A stretch of DNA of 64,000 nt, from assembly GCA_963729895.1 (NCBI GenBank), contig CAVSQB010000005.1, forward strand, positions 224,001 through 288,000, given 5' to 3'. Source of the stretch: an uncultured Fibrobacterota bacterium. GTDB taxonomy: Bacteria > Fibrobacterota > Chitinivibrionia > Chitinivibrionales > FEN-1185. A model generated the notes under the pieces. The model saw only the letters and a program-made list of their open reading frames with translations, was not told the DNA's origin and searched no databases. Made by a program: the position numbers and the translations under genes. Shown piece after piece: positions 39,314-49,192 of the stretch. Within the stretch, counting starts at the first letter, position 1. Each line of letters starts with the position of its first letter.

Positions 39314-40600
39314 CTAAACCTTCCTGATCGGTACCCAGAACAGAAGCATCATTGAGGGGAGCGAAGCGCAGAACGAAATGATGAACATGTTCAGGTAACC
39401 CATATGTTCCACGATAACGCCTCCGAACCCGCCGAAAAACGTTGAAAAAAGAGACATGATGGCTGAGCCGATCGCATAATGTGATGCCTTGAATTCCGGT
39501 TTGCATGTGCGCAGAATGAAAACGATAAGCACCGCGTTGCCCAGACCGCCTGCAATCTGTTCATAGCAATGCACTGCGGCGATGACTGCCAGCCCCGAAA
39601 CCGTGGACGCAGAAGGTTTTTGATAGGCCAGCCATATATAGGCCCATATGTTGAAATTCATAAGGATCGTAAGCGGCCAGATCGATTTTTTAAGCCCTGC
39701 CTTCTTGATCCAGATACCGCCGATGGAAGTCCCGGCAATCGCGCCAAAAGCGCCGAGGAGGCCGGAAAGCCAGGAAAGCTGCCCCTTGGTAACACCGAGT
39801 TCGCGCATGAGAAAAGGCGTTCCCATTGAAAAAAGTATTTCATCTCCCACCTTGTAGAAGATAATGAAGATGATCACCAGAATGAACCTGTCCTGCCTGC
39901 TGTAGGTGAGGAACGCATTATAGAACTGTTTAACAACGGTAGACAGGTTAATCCCTATATAAGGTTTCTTTGATTCGAACTGGGGCAATTTCCACAGGTG
40001 AAACAGGGTGCATGCAAGCATCACAAGCGATGCGCAGCCAAATGCCAAGCCCCATGGCGCATATTTATCGCCTGCGCACATTTTTGAAGCAGCGAATCCG
40101 GCAGCCACAGCCACCAGCGCGCTTCTGGCCAGTATCAGGGCCAGCCGGTAAGCGAAGACCCGGTAGCCGGTGTAGGCCGCCTGTTCCGCCGGATCGGTGA
40201 GACCCTCCATGTAAAAACCGTCGATTGAAATGTCGTTGGTCGCGGAAAGGAATGCCAGAATCACAAAAGAAATCACGATGAACGTCATGTACCCGCCGGA
40301 ACCTGCCTGAAGCGGAAGGAAATTGGTGAGTGCGATCATTGCAGTGAACAGCGAAATAAGTGCTTGCAAGATGATCATCCACGAGCGTTTTCTTCCCAGG
40401 ATGTCGACAAACGGAGCCCAGAGAAACTTGAGGTTCCATGGAATCCCCAAAAAATTGAGGTAACCGATATATCGTTCCTTCATGCCGATGTCGGTGAAGA
40501 AAACGGACGACATAAGACGGATGATGCCGTAAGGAAGGCCTTCGGCGAAATACGTGGTAAAGCACCAGACCGATGGTTCTTTGAGAGGGGATTCTTTCAT
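39314..40600 (-). CDS. AmpG-like MFS transporter
   Basis: YFAEGLPY, PWNLKFLWAPFVD, LSATNDISIDG, ASHYA. Start set at MKESPL because the 40630 GTG lies inside a hairpin. Confidence 0.8.
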   Translation of the reverse strand: MKESPLKEPSVWCFTTYFAEGLPYGIIRLMSSVFFTDIGMKERYIGYLNFLGIPWNLKFLWAPFVDILGRKRSWMIILQALISLFTAMIALTNFLPLQAGSGGYMTFIVISFVILAFLSATNDISIDGFYMEGLTDPAEQAAYTGYRVFAYRLALILARSALVAVAAGFAASKMCAGDKYAPWGLAFGCASLVMLACTLFHLWKLPQFESKKPYIGINLSTVVKQFYNAFLTYSRQDRFILVIIFIIFYKVGDEILFSMGTPFLMRELGVTKGQLSWLSGLLGAFGAIAGTSIGGIWIKKAGLKKSIWPLTILMNFNIWAYIWLAYQKPSASTVSGLAVIAAVHCYEQIAGGLGNAVLIVFILRTCKPEFKASHYAIGSAIMSLFSTFFGGFGGVIVEHMGYLNMFIISFCASLPSMMLLFWVPIRKV

Positions 40601-40617
40601 ATTGTTGGAAATAAAAA

Positions 40618-40643
40618 TAGGGTTCGCCACGGCGAACCCCTAC
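40618..40643 (-). repeat. GTAG-type REP-like hairpin or terminator
   Basis: Minus strand GTAGGGGTTCGCC-GT-GGCGAACCCTA followed by TTTTT. Confidence 0.5.
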
Positions 40644-40666
40644 AAAATCAATCGTAAAGGCAAACG

Positions 40667-41707
40667 TTATTTCGCGATGTAAATGTCCGGCCACCTGTCG
40701 TTTGCCGTATGGAAGGTGAGACGCACCGCGTCCTTCTGCGGTGTTCCGATGTTCCACACATACACTTCGTAGTCGTAAATATCGTGTTCCTGGCCATAGA
40801 TGGTTGCGCACCAGACCATCCACCGGCCGTCCGGGCTGATCTGCGGGAAATACTCGTGCGAGCGCCGGCCAGGCAGGTCCATGAACCTGAATTTCTTGTC
40901 GACCGACAGACCGCCGGGAACGGCGAGCGGTTTTCCGTTGTCGTCAAGATCGATTTTGAGCTCCTCGGTGCTGCCGTTGCCTTGGCCCTCGTTCATGCGT
41001 ACGACCGACTTGTTGTTCGGGAACCAGGAAATCTCGCAACCCGCGCCCGTGGTGTACCACTCCTTTTTGTCAAAGTTCCAGATGCCGGTTTGACGCGTGG
41101 TGCCGCGAAGCGTTATGGCAAGGAACCTTCCGTTAGGCGACAGCTCGGGTTGCTGCGCCCACGTGCTCTTCTTGAATTGCTTCTCCGCATCGAATAGTTC
41201 CTTTTCCTCGCCGGTTGCAAGGCACTTGATAAACACCTTTGACGCGCGGGCAAACACGATGGAATCGCCGGTCGCCCGCCACGTTCCCCATGCCGCGCTT
41301 TCCGCCGCCTTCTTCTCGCCGGTGCCGTCGGGCTTCACCGTCCACAGGTCCCATTTGTCATTCATCTCCGCGTCGTTCTCCGCTACCCACCCCGCTTTGC
41401 TGCGGCAGAAGAGGATGGTTGCACCGTCGGGGGAGAAACGGGGAAACCAGTCCACGTTGTCCGGAGTATTGGTGACCGGTTTCTGGTCCGTGCCGTCTGC
41501 GTTCATGATCCAGATATCGTGCTTCGAATGGACGCGCGACGTTGACCACACTATTTTTCCGTTTATCTTTCCCTTAAGCCCGTCGAGCGCTTTCTGCTCG
41601 TCTTTGGTGGGGGTTACGGGAGCTCCGGTCGGGGCTTCCTGGGCCCGTAAAAGAAAAGCAAGAGAAATAACGGCACATCCGACAATCCAAAGCACTCGCT
41701 TGTTCAT
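40667..41707 (-). CDS. Exported TolB-like (PD40) beta-propeller protein
   Basis: Signal peptide; DIWIMNADG, FPRFSPDG, PELSPNG, FPQISPDG repeats. Confidence 0.8.
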   Translation of the reverse strand: MNKRVLWIVGCAVISLAFLLRAQEAPTGAPVTPTKDEQKALDGLKGKINGKIVWSTSRVHSKHDIWIMNADGTDQKPVTNTPDNVDWFPRFSPDGATILFCRSKAGWVAENDAEMNDKWDLWTVKPDGTGEKKAAESAAWGTWRATGDSIVFARASKVFIKCLATGEEKELFDAEKQFKKSTWAQQPELSPNGRFLAITLRGTTRQTGIWNFDKKEWYTTGAGCEISWFPNNKSVVRMNEGQGNGSTEELKIDLDDNGKPLAVPGGLSVDKKFRFMDLPGRRSHEYFPQISPDGRWMVWCATIYGQEHDIYDYEVYVWNIGTPQKDAVRLTFHTANDRWPDIYIAK

Positions 41708-41734
41708 GAGCCTCTCCTCCGCGGTTAAGGGTTG

Positions 41735-41783
41735 TAATCTTCAATCGGCAACTGTCAACCTTCAACTTTGAACTTTCAACTTC
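41735..41783. repeat. Degenerate heptanucleotide tandem repeat
   Basis: TAATCTT CAATCGG CAACTGT CAACCTT CAACTTT GAACTTT CAACTTC, intergenic. Confidence 0.6.
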
Positions 41784-43791
41784 ATTTCATTTCCATCGGT
41801 TGCCACAACTGGCCGTAATTGAACAGATCGCGCGCAACCATCATATAAATAACCACCCGTTTTTTGTCAAGAACGTTCTTCCGCGCCCGGTAAAACTTGT
41901 CGCGCACGAGCGGACCGCCGCCCCAGCTCGTTACGATGTCGAGCGGGATGCCGGTGAGGGCCGAAACGTGGGCGCCTACACCGGCCGCTTTGCAATCGAC
42001 AAGCTCGAACACGCCGGTAAAGCTGTCGCCGATCAGCATGATGGGCGAATCCGGGTTGGCGCCCTTATAGAGGGTGCCGTCGGGACTATGCACCTGTTTC
42101 GCCGCGATTTCAACGGCCGGGAAGGAGGTCTTGTCCGCTTCTGCAAGCTTGTCAACAAGATCGCCCTGGCGCATGAAGCTGGTGTCCTTTTCCGAATATT
42201 TGACGGACGACTTTGCAAGGTCCGGATACCATGCATAGTGTTTGATGCGGTCCGCAATGAGCTGCGCCGCCACTTCGAGCCCGCGGTCGGTCCAATGCGT
42301 GTCCTGACGTTGATACACAGCTTCCTTGTTCTTCGCGTCTTGCTTTTTTGCGGCGAGGAACGCCGGAAGAAGATCGATCACTTCGATGCCCGCGTCCTGA
42401 AGATTCTTCAGTATCTTTCTGCCATAGGGGTTGATTATCCCGTATACGTCCTTGGGCTGATTGTCGACGGGCAGTTTGTCGAAGTACACATCGGACTTAT
42501 TCGGAACCGGAACAAAGATGAGCGAAATGTTTTTGCTCTTGAGGAACTTGCAGAATTCAACGAGATGAGGGATGGGGTTCTTGTCCGGGGCCTGGAGCGC
42601 CATGTCGCCGCAATTCATATAGGAGATTTCGCCGCGGAAGAACAGCCATCCTTCTTTTCCCTTGAAACCCATTTGCTTTTCCGGCAGCGTTTTGACAAAA
42701 GAGGCCGCCGCAAGGCGAAAGGGTTCGTCCTTCTTGGCCCAGACCGCGTAGTCGCCGAATGTCTTGATCTCCGTTTGGAACCGCGCGTTGTTCTCTTTGA
42801 AATTGTCGGACACCGATGCGTCGAACACAAAGGGGCCCGATGCGGCATGCTCGACGGCCGCCTGGGACGCGGGTTTCGGCTTTTCTTCCTTGAAATCAAC
42901 AAGAAACACGTTGTACAGAATGGTTCCGTACGGATTGCCGCGGATGACAACGAGCGGGTCCTTCACAACGAATCCCTTGAGTTCCTTGATTGCACCCATG
43001 TCCGCATCCGGCGTGGGCCACTTGGTTTGTCCGGTCATGTCAACTACGTCCGTATTGAGTTTCGGATACCAGTAGGAGGCGAGGAGGTTGGCCCAGTCGA
43101 TAACCTGATCTTTTGTCAAAAGCGTCGTTGTATAGTCGTTTCGTATCCAATCGAAGGCCTTTTGCCTGAGCGATTTGTCGAGGGCGTCTGTGTTGAGCCG
43201 GCCGTAGATTTCGCGGAACCCGTCTTTTGCCTCGTCGGGAATCGACGGGTCGAGAAACTTCACCCATGGCTTGAACTCGATCCGCACCCATAGCTGGGTA
43301 CTGTCTCCCACGCCGTGAAGATACGCCGCGGCGATTTCCTGGTATGCCATGAATACCGACGGGTCTGCCCATTTTTCACCGTTTATCTGTGCGCCGATCT
43401 TGGAGAATCCGTCGGACTTGGTGATTTCCCACAGTTTGTTCTGGAGCGGGTCCCACGCAAGAGGCATGTCTTTTTCGGCGGAGGTCAGCGGTGTTTGCGA
43501 AAGGGAAACGCAGGGCGAAACGAGCGCTCCGCCGAACGTGAGGTCGGCAAGGCCGATTTTCTTTGCCGGCTTCTTGGGCGATACGGCCTGGTGGTCGAAC
43601 CGGATCGGGTTTGCGAAGTATGCGGCGTAGTCGAGGTTGGCCAGCGTGGGTACGGCGATGGAGCGGATCATGACGCGCGAAGTCACTCGATTGTAGTTCT
43701 TGAGAACGTTTTCAAACGGCGCAGCGGAGACCGAACCGTATGCTGCCGCGGTCGCGGCGACAAGGGCGATTGTCCTAACGTGTCTGAACAT
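41782..43791 (-). CDS. AlgJ/AlgX-like SGNH O-acetyltransferase with long N-terminal extension
   Basis: Signal peptide; GKEGWLFF, PVPNKS.VY, QDTHWT, LIGDSF. Confidence 0.8.
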   Translation of the reverse strand: MFRHVRTIALVAATAAAYGSVSAAPFENVLKNYNRVTSRVMIRSIAVPTLANLDYAAYFANPIRFDHQAVSPKKPAKKIGLADLTFGGALVSPCVSLSQTPLTSAEKDMPLAWDPLQNKLWEITKSDGFSKIGAQINGEKWADPSVFMAYQEIAAAYLHGVGDSTQLWVRIEFKPWVKFLDPSIPDEAKDGFREIYGRLNTDALDKSLRQKAFDWIRNDYTTTLLTKDQVIDWANLLASYWYPKLNTDVVDMTGQTKWPTPDADMGAIKELKGFVVKDPLVVIRGNPYGTILYNVFLVDFKEEKPKPASQAAVEHAASGPFVFDASVSDNFKENNARFQTEIKTFGDYAVWAKKDEPFRLAAASFVKTLPEKQMGFKGKEGWLFFRGEISYMNCGDMALQAPDKNPIPHLVEFCKFLKSKNISLIFVPVPNKSDVYFDKLPVDNQPKDVYGIINPYGRKILKNLQDAGIEVIDLLPAFLAAKKQDAKNKEAVYQRQDTHWTDRGLEVAAQLIADRIKHYAWYPDLAKSSVKYSEKDTSFMRQGDLVDKLAEADKTSFPAVEIAAKQVHSPDGTLYKGANPDSPIMLIGDSFTGVFELVDCKAAGVGAHVSALTGIPLDIVTSWGGGPLVRDKFYRARKNVLDKKRVVIYMMVARDLFNYGQLWQPMEMK

Positions 43792-43803
43792 GGGGGCCCT
43801 TTC

Positions 43804-45444
43804 TTATTGTTTTGATGCCAGGGTGAGGGGAACGTCTTGCCATCCTTCGTTTCCATACCTGAAGTCGCGTTCGACAATTTCCCACACCACGAGTTTTTTT
43901 CCTTTAAGAAGGCCGGGTTTCCGCGCCAGCGATTCGCGAACCAGCGTGGATGCGCCGCCGTCGCTCACGATTGAGGCGATAGGTTGTTTGAGCTCATTCG
44001 CAATGTGGGAGATCCATCCCGCAGAGCGCGGTTCGTCAGACTGGTAAATGCGGGAAAAACTGTCGCCGAGGAGCACGATCAGAGAGTTTTTCGGGTCGTC
44101 TTTGTACAAATGCCTTCCGGCTTCATTGCCTTTTTCATCGCGTTCCACCTGATACACCTGGTAGCATTTCGTTTTTTCGGTAGGGAAATTCATGCCCAGT
44201 TCGTGGATCTTAAGGTTGGTCAGTGTGGTCATGACCCCCACGTCGCCGATGCGGTCGATGGACGTGGAATCAATCGCATACTCCGTTGTCCCGGCCCGGT
44301 ACCACGGATACTGTTTGATGCGCTCGGCAACCACGTGGGCGGCCGTGCGCACTCCCCGAGCGCGCCAGTGCGTATCCTTTGAAAGGTACATCGAATCGCC
44401 CGCAATGGAATCGATTTTACGTTCCGCGAGGAACGGGGTGAACAGGTCCACCGCGTCCACGCCGGCGGCGCGCAGATCGTTGATCGCCTTGAAGGAGTTT
44501 CCGGCCCGCGTGACAAGGTCGGGATTTGCGCTACCCGCCAGCATGTCGGGATAGATGCTGGGCTTCCCCGGGATAATCACCACGAGGAGGTCGACCCCGA
44601 ATGCGGCGAGCTGTTTCTTGAAGGTCACGGCGGCCTGAATGGGGTTGTCCGACACCACCTGGTCATTCGGATCGACCTTGAGGGCGCGTTTGTCGAGCAC
44701 ATACGGCCTGATAAGGTAATCGACATCCTGTTTGTAAAAGAACCATCCGTTTTTCCCGAGCACTCCTTTTTCCCCGAGGTCCCGGTACAGGGCATAACGC
44801 AGGAAAAACATCACGGGCCGTGTTGACGTGGTGAAAATCGAAGTGTTCTCGATTTCCTTTTCAAAAGGCCGTAGGTACTTGGCGTTCCAGAATATCACAG
44901 GCAGGTTCTTCACGATCAGGGCGACATCGTCGATGGGGCCCGGTTTATGATACTGGATTGCCATGCGGCCCGTGGATTCCCTGATCGCGGCAATGGTTCT
45001 ACCTGAGGCCGCCTTGTCGCCGGAGCGAAGGTTGGCCATCAGAGTGTCAAAACCCGCCTGATAGAGCGAAATCGCAACAACCGCCCCCGATTTCGGGTCG
45101 GCCTTCACATGCCGGTTATAGGTGAGCGCCGTCTTCTGCAATTCGGCTGCGTCGACCATCGCCTCGTCGGCCTGACTTTGTTCCTGTTGGGAGTCCCAGG
45201 CAGCCGCAGTGTCGGCGCCGGCCTTCGGGATTTCCGCGGCGATCGAATCGACCCTCGCCTGGATGCGAGCGACAAGCGAGTTCATTGTTCCGGCGCGTTG
45301 CACCGGAGTGGCAAAGGTGTCTTCGAACAGGTCGAAGAACTGGATGCGCTTGCCGCTTCTTACTTCGTAAACCGCCTGTGTGATGGGCAGCGCAAAAATA
45401 AGAAACACGAAGACGATGGTGCCGACGAGTTCTGCCTTTTTCAT
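43804..45444 (-). CDS. AlgJ/AlgX-like SGNH O-acetyltransferase, membrane-anchored
   Basis: N-terminal TM; GKNGWFFY, IPGKPSIYP, KDTHW, LLGDSF, VVWEIVER. Confidence 0.82.
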   Translation of the reverse strand: MKKAELVGTIVFVFLIFALPITQAVYEVRSGKRIQFFDLFEDTFATPVQRAGTMNSLVARIQARVDSIAAEIPKAGADTAAAWDSQQEQSQADEAMVDAAELQKTALTYNRHVKADPKSGAVVAISLYQAGFDTLMANLRSGDKAASGRTIAAIRESTGRMAIQYHKPGPIDDVALIVKNLPVIFWNAKYLRPFEKEIENTSIFTTSTRPVMFFLRYALYRDLGEKGVLGKNGWFFYKQDVDYLIRPYVLDKRALKVDPNDQVVSDNPIQAAVTFKKQLAAFGVDLLVVIIPGKPSIYPDMLAGSANPDLVTRAGNSFKAINDLRAAGVDAVDLFTPFLAERKIDSIAGDSMYLSKDTHWRARGVRTAAHVVAERIKQYPWYRAGTTEYAIDSTSIDRIGDVGVMTTLTNLKIHELGMNFPTEKTKCYQVYQVERDEKGNEAGRHLYKDDPKNSLIVLLGDSFSRIYQSDEPRSAGWISHIANELKQPIASIVSDGGASTLVRESLARKPGLLKGKKLVVWEIVERDFRYGNEGWQDVPLTLASKQ

Positions 45445-45462
45445 ACCGATGTTTCCCCTGGC

Positions 45463-46893
45463 CTAGAACTGAAAGTAAAGGAACGGGCTGAATGTCTGCG
45501 TGAACATGCCGAGAATCGCATAAAGAAAAATGAGCCCGCACAGGACGATCTTTCCGAACGACAGACCTTTTTGCACCCATTCGTAAGCCTGAACCGGCTG
45601 CCAGACAAAGATCGCGCAGATCGTCATTTCACAGATATGGCGTGTGGAAAATATCTGGGTGGTGAGCAGGGGCGCGGATGCCGATGCATGGACAACGCCG
45701 ACCATTGCCCCCCAATATCCCATTGCCTGCGACAGCGTTGGCGCGCGGAACAGGACCCATCCGAACAGCACAACTACAAACGTCAGGGCGACCTGCAGCC
45801 ATCCCGGGGCCCAATCGTAAACCGTCTTTTTTCCCCGGATGCGTTCGAAGATCAGGAACGCGCCCTGATACAAGCCCCAGACAACAAAGGCCATGCTTGC
45901 ACCGTGCCAGAGGCCGCAGAGGAAAAACGCGAGCCCGAGATTTATGTAGGTGCGTACCTTTCCCTTCCGGTTGCCCCCGAGCAGCGCAATATACAGATAA
46001 TCCATGATGAAGGACGACAGCGATATATGCCATCTTTTCCAGAATATGGAAATGCTTTTCGATAGATACGGCGCATTGAAGTTCTTGATGAACTCGATTC
46101 CCAGCATGCGCGCCAAGCCCACGGCCATGTCCGAATAGCCGCAGAAATCGAAGTAGATCTGGAAGCTGTAGGCCAGCACCCCCCACCAGGCGTTGAGCAC
46201 GCCCGGCGCGTCGGCGCCGAACGCCGCGTCGGCGATGCCCGCGGCCGGGTCTGCAAGAAGGATTTTCTTTGCAAAGCCGAGGATGAAGATGGCAGTGCCG
46301 CTCGAGAATTTTTCAATGGTATGCTCGCGTTCCATCAGCTGGTCGGCCACGGTCTGATACCGGATTATGGGGCCGGCAATAAGATGGGGGTACAGCCCGA
46401 GAAAACAGGAGAACGCGCCGAACGAAGGCGCCTGCTTGGCATCGCCTCTGTAAACATCAATGACGTAACTCAGCGCCACGAACGTGTAGAACGAAATACC
46501 CGAGGGCAGCAGCACCTGGAGGATGTGAAAGGTATGGGTCGGACCGCCGCACAGGTGAAGCAGGCCGTTGACACCCCCCATGAAAAACATGTAGTACTTG
46601 AAGAACCCGAGCAGCGCAAGGTCGGTCACAATTGCGAATACAAGGGCGAATTTGCGCTGTTGCTTCGTCGCGCCGGGCTTTACAATGAGCTGGCCGCACC
46701 AGTAATCCTTAATTGACGTTATGAACAGAAGGAGGGTAAACCAGGGCACGAGCCATCCGTAAAAAACATAGCTCATCACCGTTATCCAGACGTTTTTTAT
46801 GTACATTCCCTTCCATTTGAAGGGAAGGAGGAAATACACCGTCAGAAAAAACGGCAGGAAATAAAACAGGAATATCTGTGATGAAAAGACCAT
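45463..46893 (-). CDS. algI: MBOAT O-acyltransferase, AlgI/PatA type
   Basis: MVFSSQIFLFYFLP, GISFYTF, AGPIIRY, QIYFDF.GYSDMA, FWKRWHISLS, GLWHGA, PFLYFQF. Confidence 0.9.
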   Translation of the reverse strand: MVFSSQIFLFYFLPFFLTVYFLLPFKWKGMYIKNVWITVMSYVFYGWLVPWFTLLLFITSIKDYWCGQLIVKPGATKQQRKFALVFAIVTDLALLGFFKYYMFFMGGVNGLLHLCGGPTHTFHILQVLLPSGISFYTFVALSYVIDVYRGDAKQAPSFGAFSCFLGLYPHLIAGPIIRYQTVADQLMEREHTIEKFSSGTAIFILGFAKKILLADPAAGIADAAFGADAPGVLNAWWGVLAYSFQIYFDFCGYSDMAVGLARMLGIEFIKNFNAPYLSKSISIFWKRWHISLSSFIMDYLYIALLGGNRKGKVRTYINLGLAFFLCGLWHGASMAFVVWGLYQGAFLIFERIRGKKTVYDWAPGWLQVALTFVVVLFGWVLFRAPTLSQAMGYWGAMVGVVHASASAPLLTTQIFSTRHICEMTICAIFVWQPVQAYEWVQKGLSFGKIVLCGLIFLYAILGMFTQTFSPFLYFQF

Positions 46894-46930
46894 TACGTTT
46901 CTCCCTGAGCCGCAAGGATGTTGTGGTGAG

Positions 46931-47449
46931 TTACTTCGCGATATCCGCTCTTACGGTGAAAAACTTTTCGAGGTCAGAGTCGGAATACTCGTCGTCCACT
47001 GCGTCTTTCCACACTTTGTCAATCGGCGTAATGAGCCACAATTTCTGCTTGTTTCCCACTTCAAACTTGTCGACGGTGCCTGCAACGTTTTTCTTCATTG
47101 CGTCCTTGATCTGGGAACGTGGAATAAGCGGGTTGTAGTGCCCGATAAGAATGTCCTGGCCTTTGTACGTTCCCTTCACCACGCTCAGCACGCGGTATTT
47201 CATCATGTACACGTAATTGTAAAGGTCGTTTGAGGCGAATTTGCCGGGAATTTCCGTGATTCGGGCGACGACAACAAGCGTGTCGCCGGAGGTTTTTGCC
47301 GGGGCGCCGGTCTTATCGGATGCAGGTTTCGTCTTGGCAACGACTTTCTTTGGGGCAGGCGCGGCTGCGGAATCGGCCTGGGCAAAGGATGATGAGAAAA
47401 GGAATGCTCCGCACAACAAGACGGTGGCCGCGGACATCAAACATTTCAT
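46931..47449 (-). CDS. Hypothetical exported protein heading the O-acetylation cluster
   Basis: GGAGG RBS, signal peptide MKCLMSAATVLLCGAFLFSSSFA, Ala/Pro/Lys linker, compact domain (NDLYNYVYMMKY, GHYNP). Confidence 0.7.
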   Translation of the reverse strand: MKCLMSAATVLLCGAFLFSSSFAQADSAAAPAPKKVVAKTKPASDKTGAPAKTSGDTLVVVARITEIPGKFASNDLYNYVYMMKYRVLSVVKGTYKGQDILIGHYNPLIPRSQIKDAMKKNVAGTVDKFEVGNKQKLWLITPIDKVWKDAVDDEYSDSDLEKFFTVRADIAK

Positions 47450-47549
47450 AAGAACCTCCTTGGTGAATGATAGCTTTGTCGTGTTCGTTCGAACTGACGG
47501 TTTCCCCTTGATCGTATTCCTCCATGATACAAAAGCCTGATTTCTCATG

Positions 47550-48449
47550 TCAACTCCTCGGAAACATTTTCGGCAGGCATTCGGAAACCTTTCTTGGATC
47601 ATAACCAAGGTCCACAATTGCTTCGGACGGATCAAGGTTCGCATCCTGCGTTATTCCCGCTATGACCTGCCATGTGAGCGGCGGGTCGTTCATAAACATT
47701 TTCATTGCAAGCGCAAGCATCCGGCAGAGCCACACGGGCACATGAAGAATGGGCTTGCGTTCCATCCCTAGAAGCCTGAGACACAGTTTGGCGAGATCAA
47801 TCACGCGTATCGGTTCACCGCCGCTCAGGTTGTAGGTTTTTCCAAACGCCTTCTCGTTGCCGCAGATAGCAAGCAACCCGTTGTTGACATCGTCGACAAA
47901 CACAGGCCGCTTGACCGGCGCGCCGTTTCCGATAAAAGGAACCGCCGGATATTTCTTCAGGTACTTCAGGAAGAGGTCGAATTCCTGGCCGCCGCTCCTG
48001 CCGTACACCAGTGTGGGGCGGACGATGGTGTAGGAAAGCCCCGATTGCCTCACGATATTTTCTGCCTCGCGCTTTGACAGGGAATATGGCGTGGGGCGCG
48101 GGTACGCCACCGATGCCGACGAAACGTATACAAGGTGCCGGATGTTTGCCCGTTTAGCCTCGTCAATGATGTTGCGTGTGCCTTGAACGTTGATTTTACG
48201 GAAGGCCGACTCGTTTTTCGAAAGAATGATCGCGGCCAGGTGCAGCACGGTTGAAACGCCGTCGCACACGCCGACGCAATCCTGCTTCACGGAGACGTCG
48301 GCACAGCGGATGTCCGCTGCGTAATCCTTGACCCTGGACACATACGGATCGTGAGGCATGAACACAACGCGTACGCGCTCGTTGCGTTTCGCGAGCATTT
48401 GCACAAGCACGCTGCCCATGGCTCCTGTTCCGCCGGTCACGAGAATCAT
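47550..48449 (-). CDS. Atypical SDR, NDUFA9-like NAD(P)-dependent oxidoreductase
   Basis: ILVTGGTGAMG, HLAA, YSLSK, SGLSYTIVRPTLVYG, PVFVDDV. Confidence 0.8.
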   Translation of the reverse strand: MILVTGGTGAMGSVLVQMLAKRNERVRVVFMPHDPYVSRVKDYAADIRCADVSVKQDCVGVCDGVSTVLHLAAIILSKNESAFRKINVQGTRNIIDEAKRANIRHLVYVSSASVAYPRPTPYSLSKREAENIVRQSGLSYTIVRPTLVYGRSGGQEFDLFLKYLKKYPAVPFIGNGAPVKRPVFVDDVNNGLLAICGNEKAFGKTYNLSGGEPIRVIDLAKLCLRLLGMERKPILHVPVWLCRMLALAMKMFMNDPPLTWQVIAGITQDANLDPSEAIVDLGYDPRKVSECLPKMFPRS

Positions 48450-49192
48450 CGCGTAGTGTACCCTTTCGCCAGATAGCGCGCCATAACTCCCACAACCCGG
48501 AGGCCGTAGGTGATCGGGTTGAGGTACGAAGTCTCGTCGGCATACCGTGTCGGAACGGGCAATTCCGCAATGGAGAGGCCGCGGCTTCGCGCAAGCGCGA
48601 TCACCTCGAGGTCGAAATCGAAACTCGAACTGAGGCGGTCAAACGGCAGGGTGTCGAGCGCTTTCCTGCTGTAGAAAAGCATACCGCTGTGATAATCGGT
48701 GAGCCGCAGCCCGAATACGATATTTTCAAAGAACGTCAGGGTTCTGTTTGCAAGGTATTTGTACATCGGCATGCCGCCGGAAAGCGCGGTGCCCGGGGCA
48801 ATGCGCGATCCCTGGAGGATGTCGATGCCCCGGCCCGCCATCGCGTTCACACCTTCCTCAATAGCCTCCGGAGGGTATTGGCCGTCTGCGTGCAGGCACA
48901 CGGCGATGTCGCACTTGTCCTCTTTGCACCGCGCCAGGCCTTCGCGTACCGCCGTGCCGTAACCACGGTTCCAGCTGAAATGCACTGCGCGAATCCTTTC
49001 GTTTCTTTCGCACAACCCGGCCACGACCGTGCGGGTATCGTCGCGTGAGCCGTCGTTGATGATCCACACATGCTCGACATGCAGCCAGAGGCTGTGCGGG
49101 ATGCGGGCAATAACCGTTTCAACGTGCCGGGCCGCATTGAACGCGGGCATGAAAATGGATATCGAGGGGCCAATCAGACTGCCTCCCTGCAT
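48446..49192 (-). CDS. GT2 glycosyltransferase, DPM1/ArnC (polyprenyl-phosphate) type
   Basis: MPAFNAA, INDGSRDDT, NRGYG, LHADGQYPP, GSR..GGMP.YKY.ANR, LTDYHSG, ELPVPTRY. Start uncertain. Confidence 0.85.
   Translation of the reverse strand: MQGGSLIGPSISIFMPAFNAARHVETVIARIPHSLWLHVEHVWIINDGSRDDTRTVVAGLCERNERIRAVHFSWNRGYGTAVREGLARCKEDKCDIAVCLHADGQYPPEAIEEGVNAMAGRGIDILQGSRIAPGTALSGGMPMYKYLANRTLTFFENIVFGLRLTDYHSGMLFYSRKALDTLPFDRLSSSFDFDLEVIALARSRGLSIAELPVPTRYADETSYLNPITYGLRVVGVMARYLAKGYTTR

Noticed and set aside
41800..43293. 497-aa plus-strand ORF, and similar long antisense ORFs at 35717-37024, 7100-8278, 3918-4940 and 61311-62345
   Set aside because: They shadow well-supported genes on the opposite strand, as expected from GC-rich codon bias; no recognisable motifs.
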